Part shown: positions 36,566 through 44,317 of the stretch, piece after piece
Layout: every line of letters starts with the position of its first letter
Position numbering within the stretch: the first letter of the stretch is position 1
Source: a virus
Lineage: Duplodnaviria; Caudoviricetes
DNA length: 64,000 nucleotides
Virus record (IMG/VR): IMGVR_UViG_3300028591_002825
Location: 321-64,320 of that record
Reading direction: 5' to 3' (one strand)
Notes under the pieces: model-generated
Databases searched by the model: none
The model's input: the letters and a program-made list of their open reading frames with translations, nothing else
What the model was told of the DNA's origin: nothing
Position numbers and translations under genes: made by a program

Positions 36566-37608
36566 TTATTCTCCTTATTTACAATAATAGTTGCCTCAAT
36601 ATCATACTTCGCTGACTGTGACCATTTAATATCCGCATTAAGCTGTACAAAGATTGAAAGCCATCTATGAATTTCATCCCACTCATCTTCGCCATAACTT
36701 TCAAGAGCTTTTTCATAATCTGCCAACTTTGGCATCTGTAAATATTTCCAGTCACAGCCGAGAGAATACTTATCAAGGTCAAGAAGAAACTGGACATACT
36801 GCTTAATAAAAGTTTTCAGTTCTTTTCCTTTAGCATGAAGTGTCTCAATGATTTCAATAGCTTCTTTTGAACCCATACCATCATAACCGAGTAAACAATC
36901 TGTAAGCTCAAACATGGTAGAATAATCCGCTGTACCAAGTGCTTCTGTCACATGCTTCAATGTCAGTTTAGGGTGATATGCAAGACACTTATCAAGGAAA
37001 GTAATCGCATCTCTCATCCCGCCATCAGCAAGTCTGGCAATAAACTCAACAGCTTCATTTGCATCAATCGGAGACCCACCTAACATATCTTCTTTAGATA
37101 ATATACGCATCAATCTGTTTACAATACCCTCTTGACTGATTCTCTGGAAATCATATCTCTGTACTCGTGAAAGAATTGTCTTAGGGATTTTCTGTGGGTC
37201 TGTCGTGCAAAAGATAAAAATACTCTTTGCAGGCGGCTCTTCAATGATTTTCAGCATTGCCTGCCACGCTGAATTAGACAGCGCATGGCACTCATCAATG
37301 ATAAAGATTTTATACTCGGAGTTAATACTCTTTGTCTTTGCCTGCTGAATAATATTACGAACATCATCAACACCATTGTTTGACGCGGCATCCAACTCGA
37401 TAGGATTCCCCATTCCTTTATTAATATCGTTTGCGAATATTCTTGCACATGTTGTCTTGCCGCAACCTGCTGGACCACAGAAAAGATATGCATTTTTTAC
37501 CTCGCCACTCTCAAGCTGTTGCTGTAAAATAATCTTTGTACTGGACTGTTCACTTACTTCATCCCAGCTGGTGGGGCGGTATTTTACTGCTAACGTTTTA
37601 ACTGCCAT
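36562..37608 (-). CDS. dnaX: DNA polymerase III gamma/tau-like clamp-loader ATPase
   Basis: LAVKYRP, GPAGCGKTT, ELDAASNNGVDDVR, IIDECH, TILSRVQRY, GGMRDA. Confidence 0.9.
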   Translation of the reverse strand: MAVKTLAVKYRPTSWDEVSEQSSTKIILQQQLESGEVKNAYLFCGPAGCGKTTCARIFANDINKGMGNPIELDAASNNGVDDVRNIIQQAKTKSINSEYKIFIIDECHALSNSAWQAMLKIIEEPPAKSIFIFCTTDPQKIPKTILSRVQRYDFQRISQEGIVNRLMRILSKEDMLGGSPIDANEAVEFIARLADGGMRDAITFLDKCLAYHPKLTLKHVTEALGTADYSTMFELTDCLLGYDGMGSKEAIEIIETLHAKGKELKTFIKQYVQFLLDLDKYSLGCDWKYLQMPKLADYEKALESYGEDEWDEIHRWLSIFVQLNADIKWSQSAKYDIEATIIVNKENK

Positions 37609-37850
37609 TACATAAGCTCCTTCTCGATTTTATACATATCACTGCCGACATCAATGCAATCAATGCGGTCCCAAATCTCATCTAAAAGCTGTTCATCTTC
37701 AATGCCATCTTCTGCAAGCTGTTCATTAAATTCACCATCATTGGTACTAAAACCACAATCAGTTTCAACCCACTCTTTTCGATACGTTTTACCATAAACT
37801 TCAAGTTCTTCGATAAAACCATTTTCTGTAGTTGTTACTGTGTATTTCAT
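37608..37850 (-). CDS. Acidic hypothetical protein
   Basis: 80 aa, GAGG RBS. Confidence 0.6.
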   Translation of the reverse strand: MKYTVTTTENGFIEELEVYGKTYRKEWVETDCGFSTNDGEFNEQLAEDGIEDEQLLDEIWDRIDCIDVGSDMYKIEKELM

Positions 37851-38170
37851 TTTACCTCTCCTGTTAATGATAATCTTGCAGATTCAATCTCTTCCATTTT
37901 CTGTTGCATCCGCTTTGCTTCTAAATCATATCTCAACTTAGGGTTAAGCAAATCTTCTAACGGTCTTTCAAGATATTCACATACAAGTAAAACAGTCTGG
38001 AAAGATATTGCTCTCTGCTTTGTTATGCCATCAGAAGTTCTACGAGAAAAATATCCTGCTGATACTCCGCAATAATCTTCAAACTCTTTCAATGAACCCT
38101 TCATTTTTGCTAAATATACAGCATTATTAACGAAGGTCTCAATTTCATCTGTCTTTGCATCTTGCCTCAT
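37847..38170 (-). CDS. Putative HTH DNA-binding protein
   Basis: SLKEFEDYCGVSAGYFSR HTH-like segment. Confidence 0.5.
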   Translation of the reverse strand: MRQDAKTDEIETFVNNAVYLAKMKGSLKEFEDYCGVSAGYFSRRTSDGITKQRAISFQTVLLVCEYLERPLEDLLNPKLRYDLEAKRMQQKMEEIESARLSLTGEVK

Positions 38171-38406
38171 TCAATACTCCTCTCAAATAAAACATATCTT
38201 GCGTATCGACAAGGCTCGCCGAAGCGAGTCGTTGTCTCTACCATAGCAGTTTCAATATGATAACCTTTATCTCTCAACTCTTTAATTCTGGCGGAGAGCC
38301 TTGTGATACCATACAATTCAAATGCATCTTTACTCGTCATCCACTTGTGCGTTCTCAGATACTCCAGAATCGCTACTTTGCTCCCTCGCATTTTCTCTTT
38401 CTTCAT
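38167..38406 (-). CDS. Winged-helix DNA-binding protein
   Basis: ILEYL....TSKDAFELYGITRLSARIKELR..GY.IET. Confidence 0.7.
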   Translation of the reverse strand: MKKEKMRGSKVAILEYLRTHKWMTSKDAFELYGITRLSARIKELRDKGYHIETAMVETTTRFGEPCRYARYVLFERSIE

Positions 38407-38764
38407 CTCTACACTCCTCCTCTTCATCAGAAAAATAACCACAAATCATATCAGAAAACTTCACACCATTAAAGATAAAGAAATCTTCACCCGTAAAAGA
38501 AGCATAGTATTCATCAACTGGAGTAAAATCTCTGTGCTGTAAATCAAGCTCTGCGGCTTCTGCAACACATTTTATATTGTGAATATGAACGGTTATAATA
38601 CCGTCATGCATCACATCATCATATGTAGACGCTTTAACTTTCCACTCTTCACCACTCTCCGCAACGCCACACATTATTTCTTTATTCATAGCTTTTGCAC
38701 CGATTGCTAAGTCCTGCAACCAATTTCTAACGTTCGCAGAAATCATCTCATTTGTTACACCCAT
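38330..38764 (-). CDS. Hypothetical protein
   Basis: 144 aa, GGGAG RBS. Confidence 0.55.
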   Translation of the reverse strand: MGVTNEMISANVRNWLQDLAIGAKAMNKEIMCGVAESGEEWKVKASTYDDVMHDGIITVHIHNIKCVAEAAELDLQHRDFTPVDEYYASFTGEDFFIFNGVKFSDMICGYFSDEEEECRDEERENAREQSSDSGVSENAQVDDE

Positions 38765-38765
38765 T

Positions 38766-39104
38766 TTAAATTCTCCCTTCTTCTAAACATTGCTGTAGCA
38801 AATCAAATAACCGCTCTGAGATAATGTAATATCTCTTATTTGCACTCGGTCCGAAGTCAAAGCATAGTGCTGAATCTCTATTCATAGCAAATGCTTCTTC
38901 TTCATTCTTTAACAGCCAATCTTCTTTGATGGTAAAAGACTTACTATCTTTAGTCTTTGTCTTACATTCAACAAGAAACTGGTCAGTAATTACATCACCT
39001 TTCTGAAATGCTGTTGCACCACTGTTAGCTTGTCTTTTACCATCAAGTCGCTTTGCTACTTTCTTCTCCTGCTGTTTACTATAATATCTTGTGGGTTTAT
39101 TCAT
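38766..39104 (-). CDS. PD-(D/E)XK nuclease, Holliday-junction-resolvase-like
   Basis: QEKKVAK..G...NSGA...KGDV...LVECKT. Confidence 0.7.
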   Translation of the reverse strand: MNKPTRYYSKQQEKKVAKRLDGKRQANSGATAFQKGDVITDQFLVECKTKTKDSKSFTIKEDWLLKNEEEAFAMNRDSALCFDFGPSANKRYYIISERLFDLLQQCLEEGRI

Positions 39105-39459
39105 TGCTCCACTCCCCAATAAGCTCTACTCTATAGCCGAGCGCCATTTCAATATCATCCTGCGTCATACGCTTACGAACATGTGCAAGACCGTCCTCAT
39201 CAATAAGATATGTACCGCCTATCATATTTATAACCATCTCACCAATAAGACACCGCCCTTTGTTTTGGTCAACAAACAAGACTTTAAATCTCTCATTAGG
39301 ATTATGGTCAGAATTTTTTGAAAAATTGCCATACCGATAATTAATCATCCATGCTAATTCAAGCTCATCTTCATGTTTAGTAAACCAAGGAGTGCATGTG
39401 CTATACTGCTTACTCCAATTTGTTACTCTTACAACATCTCCAACTTTAAATTCACGCAT
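39097..39459 (-). CDS. Hypothetical protein, paralog of 49017..49358
   Basis: KVGD.V.V.NW...RMT...IE...G pattern shared. Confidence 0.6.
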   Translation of the reverse strand: MREFKVGDVVRVTNWSKQYSTCTPWFTKHEDELELAWMINYRYGNFSKNSDHNPNERFKVLFVDQNKGRCLIGEMVINMIGGTYLIDEDGLAHVRKRMTQDDIEMALGYRVELIGEWSNE

Positions 39460-39473
39460 AATTTTCTCCTTTC

Positions 39474-39635
39474 TTATGCTACATATTCCTTGTACTGATA
39501 ATTCTCAAACACACAGCGAATCTCACCACGACCTTCTACATAAAAGATGTATCGCTTACCACCTTCAAAGGCATCATACACACTCAACAACAAACCGCTT
39601 ACAACTGTTCCATCTCTCAATGTAATCTCTGCCAT
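39474..39635 (-). CDS. Small hypothetical protein (53 aa)
   Basis: Manual translation MAEITLRDGTVVSG...; AAAGGAG RBS after promoter 39698. Confidence 0.55.
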   Translation of the reverse strand: MAEITLRDGTVVSGLLLSVYDAFEGGKRYIFYVEGRGEIRCVFENYQYKEYVA

Positions 39636-39697
39636 TTACTTTTCTCCTTTCATAACAAAAAATGTGATACAATGTTCTGTCTTTCGACTTCATAAAC

Positions 39698-39726
39698 ATT
39701 GTATCACATCATAATTGAAAATGCAA
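39698..39726 (-). promoter_or_regulatory. Promoter whose -10 is one arm of a 14-bp inverted repeat
   Basis: TTGCAT-17bp-TACAAT; arms 39662..39675 and 39696..39709. Confidence 0.65.
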
Positions 39727-39744
39727 GCACTTTTTTGAAAAATT

Positions 39745-40740
39745 TTACAAATCTACATTATCCGATACATAGTATCCTGTCATCTTATAGTCCTTGACAA
39801 ATTTTCTTACCTTTGTAACTAACTTTGCGTCTCCTGTATATTCAAGTAAAAATGTATCCATTCCATGTACTTTTACTCTGCACATATACTCTTTATACCA
39901 GTTACTCTGCTTTGAATCTTGATTACCGAACTGACCTTTACCTTCATAACTCTTTATCTGGGTTATTACTTCTTCTTGTGTAACACCGTCAATAAATGTA
40001 CTAGCATCAATCTCTTCTTTATTTGCACCTTCAAGTTTAATGATTGTATCTATTCCTAAACTCTTCACACCGCACATTCTGGCATAAGCATTACTAAAAT
40101 CAGAAAACGCTCCGACTTGTACTTTATATAATGTATGCTTTTCATCTCGTTCGGTCTTAATGATTGCATCAAGATTATTCTTTTTAAGGACTTTAACAAG
40201 CTCCTCTGCGTTTTCATACAAAAGAAATGCTCCGCACTGAACTTTATACACCCCTAAATGTGATTCTCCGTCCATCTTATCACTAAGAAACTTTGAACCA
40301 CCATTCATCATTACATATCCGCCCAAACCTTTAATTCTGCGAATGGTGGATACAACAGCATTATATGTAGCAGAGCTTTCATAGTATTCGTATACATCTA
40401 TATTATCGCACCAGTAACCGTCACAACCAAGATTTTTTATTTCTTTAGCACGATTTACCAAAAAGTCTCTAACTTTTGTTCTACGCAAATCAAGGAATTT
40501 TTCATCTGGCCAGTCATCAAGAGTTTTCAATGTATACGGTATTAATTTTGTATAATATTTTCTATAAGTCTCAACTGCGCCAACATTTAAATAACCTAAT
40601 ACTGTGTAGCCCTTCTCTTTCAGAGCTTTTATCTCGTCTTTGGTAAAATCTTCTGGTTCAATAACTAAAATACATGGATTTGATACTTTCTTTAGTCTTT
40701 TCGCCTTATCACTTGACGTTAGGAAGACTTTATAATTCAC
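39745..40740 (-). CDS. GH114-like (endo-alpha-1,4-polygalactosaminidase-like) hydrolase with an internal SPOR domain
   Basis: GYLNVGAVE.YR, W.DEKFLD, G.DG.W.DN.D motifs; YKVQCGAF/YKVQVGAF SPOR repeats inserted before GVTQEE. Confidence 0.7.
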   Translation of the reverse strand: MNYKVFLTSSDKAKRLKKVSNPCILVIEPEDFTKDEIKALKEKGYTVLGYLNVGAVETYRKYYTKLIPYTLKTLDDWPDEKFLDLRRTKVRDFLVNRAKEIKNLGCDGYWCDNIDVYEYYESSATYNAVVSTIRRIKGLGGYVMMNGGSKFLSDKMDGESHLGVYKVQCGAFLLYENAEELVKVLKKNNLDAIIKTERDEKHTLYKVQVGAFSDFSNAYARMCGVKSLGIDTIIKLEGANKEEIDASTFIDGVTQEEVITQIKSYEGKGQFGNQDSKQSNWYKEYMCRVKVHGMDTFLLEYTGDAKLVTKVRKFVKDYKMTGYYVSDNVDL

Positions 40741-41861
40741 TTAGTAAACTCCTTTCTGAATTTTGTGTTTTTAGAGCAGGTTACAATCATTTTATTACCG
40801 ATACAATCTATATAAATATCGCCATCTTCGTGATTTCTCATTACAATCGCACCAAACTTTTCTAATCTTTTACGAGTAGTCTCTCTACCAGAACCTTCTT
40901 TATGATGATAATTAGAAAATGCTACTTTCGGAGAAATAGCTTTTGCAATCGCTTCATTACAGGCATTTGCATCACCGTGCCACTGAATCTTGAAAATGTC
41001 AGCTTTCAGATTTTTAACAGCTTTAATAAGAGCATTGTTACCAGCGTTCTGTAAATCGCCAGCGGTGTGATAAATCCATGTACCATCAATCGTAAATCTG
41101 GTAACTATAGATTCATTATTAACAAAATGATGGCTGTCATGCTCAGATACAGCAGAAGCCGGCATTTGATAGATGCACTCACACACTATACTACCAACTG
41201 TAAAACTACTACCGGCTTTCATGTATGTATATGAAGCGCCATACTTCTTAGCTTTTGTTGCTTGATTCCTAATAGCATTGCCATAACTTCTCTGATACTT
41301 ATCAAGTTGTGTACAATCAGGTAAATACAGTGCTTTTACCTTGAAGTTTTTAAATACATCAGTTAACGCACCATAATGGTCACCATGAGCATGACTAATA
41401 ACTACAGCGTCAATTGTAGTGATACCTGCCTTTTTTAGCTTCTTTACTGTAGTAGATGCGGATGTAGCGGTATCAATAAGAACTACATGCTCTATCGTTT
41501 TATTGTCAGCTCCGTACTCTATAATAGCTGTTGCATCGCCGTATAAACTTTCATTTTCATCCATGAAGTTTATAGCCCAAATTCGAGTTCTATGATTTTC
41601 AACATACTCCTCTTTTTTATCCTCTGATTCGGGTTCAGTAGAAACAGCTTTAATTACTACATTAAATCCTGCTTTTCGCAATTTATTCACCATAGTAACA
41701 GCGTTACCATACTGACTAAACGCTCCGCATTGGACTTTGTAGATTATACCTTCTCGTACTATTGTTGTGCGTATACCGAGTTTAGCAATTACTTTCGCCG
41801 CTTGCTTTTCTGCATTTCGCTTTATTGCATATGCACCAACTTGAACTTTATATAATACCAT
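40737..41861 (-). CDS. SPOR + metallo-beta-lactamase-fold hydrolase (ComEC/Pce-like)
   Basis: N-terminal YKVQVGAY/YKVQCGAF; SHAHGDHYG, NNES, GD, HG/HH MBL motifs. Confidence 0.8.
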   Translation of the reverse strand: MVLYKVQVGAYAIKRNAEKQAAKVIAKLGIRTTIVREGIIYKVQCGAFSQYGNAVTMVNKLRKAGFNVVIKAVSTEPESEDKKEEYVENHRTRIWAINFMDENESLYGDATAIIEYGADNKTIEHVVLIDTATSASTTVKKLKKAGITTIDAVVISHAHGDHYGALTDVFKNFKVKALYLPDCTQLDKYQRSYGNAIRNQATKAKKYGASYTYMKAGSSFTVGSIVCECIYQMPASAVSEHDSHHFVNNESIVTRFTIDGTWIYHTAGDLQNAGNNALIKAVKNLKADIFKIQWHGDANACNEAIAKAISPKVAFSNYHHKEGSGRETTRKRLEKFGAIVMRNHEDGDIYIDCIGNKMIVTCSKNTKFRKEFTK

Positions 41862-41872
41862 ATTACCCCCAA

Positions 41873-42235
41873 TTAAAATAAACGTTTTTTACCAGATTTT
41901 TTAGGTTGCGTATTCTTTATTATAACGTTTTTTCTGGAAGTAATCAATGTTTTAGCTTTTGCAATAACCCAAGATTCTGTTATAGGTAAAAATGCTCCTG
42001 TACTTGCATCCCAATCTTTGAAATATTCATACAATGTAACTTGCTTAGAAATTTCTGGATACTGGTTCTGCAAATCTCTTAGCTCTTTCGCCCACGTATC
42101 CCACTGTTTATCTGATATAGAATTTTGATTTAGATGATAATAAATACAGGAGTGCACCAGCATTTGATACCGTCTTTGCTGTATCTTTTCTGCTATTTGC
42201 AACTCCTGTCCTGTAAATAATTCATATGTTTTCAT
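41873..42235 (-). CDS. Stand-alone NAD-dependent DNA ligase domain Ia-like protein
   Basis: HS.IYY......ISD.QWD....EL..LQ..YP resembles LigA Ia; no adenylation domain follows. Confidence 0.6.
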   Translation of the reverse strand: MKTYELFTGQELQIAEKIQQRRYQMLVHSCIYYHLNQNSISDKQWDTWAKELRDLQNQYPEISKQVTLYEYFKDWDASTGAFLPITESWVIAKAKTLITSRKNVIIKNTQPKKSGKKRLF

Positions 42236-42237
42236 AG

Positions 42238-42365
42238 CGCCGGGGGTGGGATTTGAACCCACATGTCTGCGTATACTTGTTCAGATTGGCCATGTTTGAA
42301 CCCCATGGAACAGAACTGACACAGATTACAAAGTCTGCCGCTCTAACCTATTGAGCTACCCCGGC
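42238..42365 (-). tRNA. Atypical tRNA-Thr-like gene (8-nt anticodon loop CUUUGUAA, ~57-nt variable-region insertion)
   Basis: Perfect acceptor GCCGGGG/CCCCGGC, D arm GCTC/GAGC, T arm GTGGG-TTCAAAT-CCCAC. Confidence 0.55.
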
Positions 42366-42443
42366 GATAATATATAGCGCAAACATAGGAATTGTTGTCA
42401 ACTGTTCCTTTTTTATAAGAGAAGGAGAGTGTTTGCGCTATAA

Positions 42444-42516
42444 CAGCCCCTACTGGAATCGAACCAGTGAGTGCAGGAATCAAAATCCTGTGCCGTAGCC
42501 GCTTGGCGAAGGGGCC
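42444..42516 (-). tRNA. tRNA-Gln(UUG)
   Basis: Full cloverleaf; CAGGA-TTTTGAT-TCCTG anticodon arm. Confidence 0.9.
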
Positions 42517-42606
42517 ATGTTGTGTTGTGACCCCGCAATGACGAAAGTCACAACACATTGCGAAAGGATAAAATAAAATGGCAAACTACCGGACAAAAGT
42601 AGTTGC

Positions 42607-42678
42607 GAGGGAACGGTGAGACTTGAACTCACATCTCTGGTTTTGGAGACCAGTGTTTTACCATTAAACTATGAACCT
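42607..42678 (-). tRNA. tRNA-Trp(CCA)-like with mispaired acceptor stem (possible pseudo-tRNA)
   Basis: D, anticodon (CTGGT-CTCCAAA-ACCAG) and T arms intact; AGGTTCA does not pair with CGTTCCC. Confidence 0.55.
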
Positions 42679-42776
42679 ATGGTCGGTTTAAAGTAAACCG
42701 ATAACTGCACATCGGGAATAATTGGCCTGTCATTTTTGTCGCTGTGTTCAGATGACCGTGTACTTTAACCACCCTA

Positions 42777-42799
42777 CTAACCAATTGAGCTATCTGACA
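42777..42799 (-). pseudogene. 5' tRNA fragment
   Basis: TGTCAGA-TAGCTCAATTGGTTAG, then non-tRNA structured sequence. Confidence 0.45.
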
Positions 42800-42833
42800 C
42801 TGGGTTACCCACATTTGCTCTTAACCCTATCAA

Positions 42834-42906
42834 TAGAGACTCTGGGACTCGAACCCAGGACCAACTGTGTATAAGACAGGTACTCTACCAACTGAGTTAA
42901 GTCTCT
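42834..42906 (-). tRNA. tRNA-Ile(UAU)
   Basis: AGAGACT/AGTCTCT acceptor; anticodon loop CTTATAC; T arm CTGGG-TTCGAGT-CCCAG. Confidence 0.85.
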
Positions 42907-43026
42907 ATGAGTGGGGACGCATAGGAACCGTTTAGGGCAATCCCCACTGTTGATGTTCTTCTAAGGACAACTTCAACAAAAACCTTCACAGCATATTAGT
43001 GTCGCCTATAGACTAAATACTGTGAG

Positions 43027-43110
43027 TGCTACCTGTGGGACTTGAACCCACACTCTTGTCTCAGAATCGGGGCTTAAATCCGACGTGTCTGCCAATTTCA
43101 CCAAGGTAGC
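43027..43110 (-). tRNA. tRNA-Leu(UAA)
   Basis: GCTACCT/AGGTAGC acceptor; loop TTTAAGC; long variable arm. Confidence 0.88.
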
Positions 43111-43347
43111 AAGTGCGGCTGTTTTGTAGAGGGCCATTTAACTGATATTACTCTTTCCGGAAATAATGACTATCAGCACCGCTTTTCGTTAAAATACACA
43201 AATTCGATTAGATTTATATAAAAACGTTTATTTCTAAGGCGTAGACGTTCCTACGCCCCTATAAATGAACTTATTATACCATCTATTCATATTTTCTCCT
43301 TGAGCGATTTTTTATTTTAACTTTTCATGCTCTGTGAAAAGTATCTG

Positions 43348-43599
43348 TCAATGATGCATTAGTGTTGCGAACATTGCGTTAAGGAGCTGTTCAGGAGAAG
43401 CCTCTTGAATTGCGGATTCCAGCTTACTATCAAGCTCCGCATCACTCAGCTTTGCAAGCTCAACACACTCTGTAATTTCATCCTCAGTAAGAACCTGGTC
43501 CTCTTCGTCAACAAGTTCAGCAATCAAACAGGTCAGCTCTGACATAATTGCAGGCTTGCTGCCTTTAATCATAACTTTACCCTTATCACAACTAATCAT
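43348..43599 (-). CDS. Hypothetical protein
   Basis: MISCDKGKV start after GGAGG. Confidence 0.6.
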   Translation of the reverse strand: MISCDKGKVMIKGSKPAIMSELTCLIAELVDEEDQVLTEDEITECVELAKLSDAELDSKLESAIQEASPEQLLNAMFATLMHH

Positions 43600-44165
43600 T
43601 TTATTTCCTCCTTTTCTAAAATTGAACTTCGTATTACCCACCCGCTCCACTTGATTTTCTCCAACTGCTCTTTGATATTTTCAATATCATCAATCTGATT
43701 AACGATACCGAGTTTTCCTAAACAGATTGGACCTATACCATAGTGTCGTGAGATTGGATTCGTTAATTCTTTTCCACAGCACGCACATGTGATTGTTTTC
43801 TGTGCAAAACCGTGAAGATTCATATACACCATTCCACGAGTTTCTTTTTCGACTGTGCCTTGCATTGTTCTCATGGGCATCGGTTTATTATCATTCCACT
43901 TCAACATGAAATCAAAACCAACACTTGCAGGCTGTGTCATATACTTTTTAACTGTGATTCTATACTCTGTACTGTCTGTAGTTGCGTTTATAGACTGCTT
44001 CTCGCTGTCTGTGCGCTTCTCTGTGACGTTTTCTGCACTCGCATGTAAAACAATATGTACTTTGTCTGAAAACGTCTTAGAAGAGCTTGTGAGAGCTTCT
44101 ATAGAATCATACTTCACGCCGTCAACTTCGACGGCCCCTTTCCAACTCTCAATGAGTTTTAACAT
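43596..44165 (-). CDS. Protein with C-terminal DUF6011-like zinc finger
   Basis: CACCGKELTNPISRHYGIGPIC; start MLKLIES after GAGGTG. Confidence 0.65.
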   Translation of the reverse strand: MLKLIESWKGAVEVDGVKYDSIEALTSSSKTFSDKVHIVLHASAENVTEKRTDSEKQSINATTDSTEYRITVKKYMTQPASVGFDFMLKWNDNKPMPMRTMQGTVEKETRGMVYMNLHGFAQKTITCACCGKELTNPISRHYGIGPICLGKLGIVNQIDDIENIKEQLEKIKWSGWVIRSSILEKEEIK

Positions 44166-44280
44166 TTTATCACCTCTCTTAAATGAAGTTGAGAACAACA
44201 CGCACGTAGGAACAACGATTATATACAGCACTTCACAAAACAGCAAATTTTAAATTGTGTTGTTCTCAACTCATGTAAAC

Positions 44281-44309
44281 ATTGTATCACATCATTCTTA
44301 ATAATGCAA
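44281..44309 (-). promoter_or_regulatory. Promoter
   Basis: TTGCAT-17bp-TACAAT, near-identical design to 39698. Confidence 0.65.
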
Positions 44310-44317
44310 GCACTTTT

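Noticed and set aside
42520-42565. Theta/HDV-like ribozyme
   Set aside because: P1-P2-P3 order is loosely compatible, but L3 is 4 nt, lacks the UYCNCGY pattern, and the element does not abut a tRNA 3' end; kept only as an unexplained structure.
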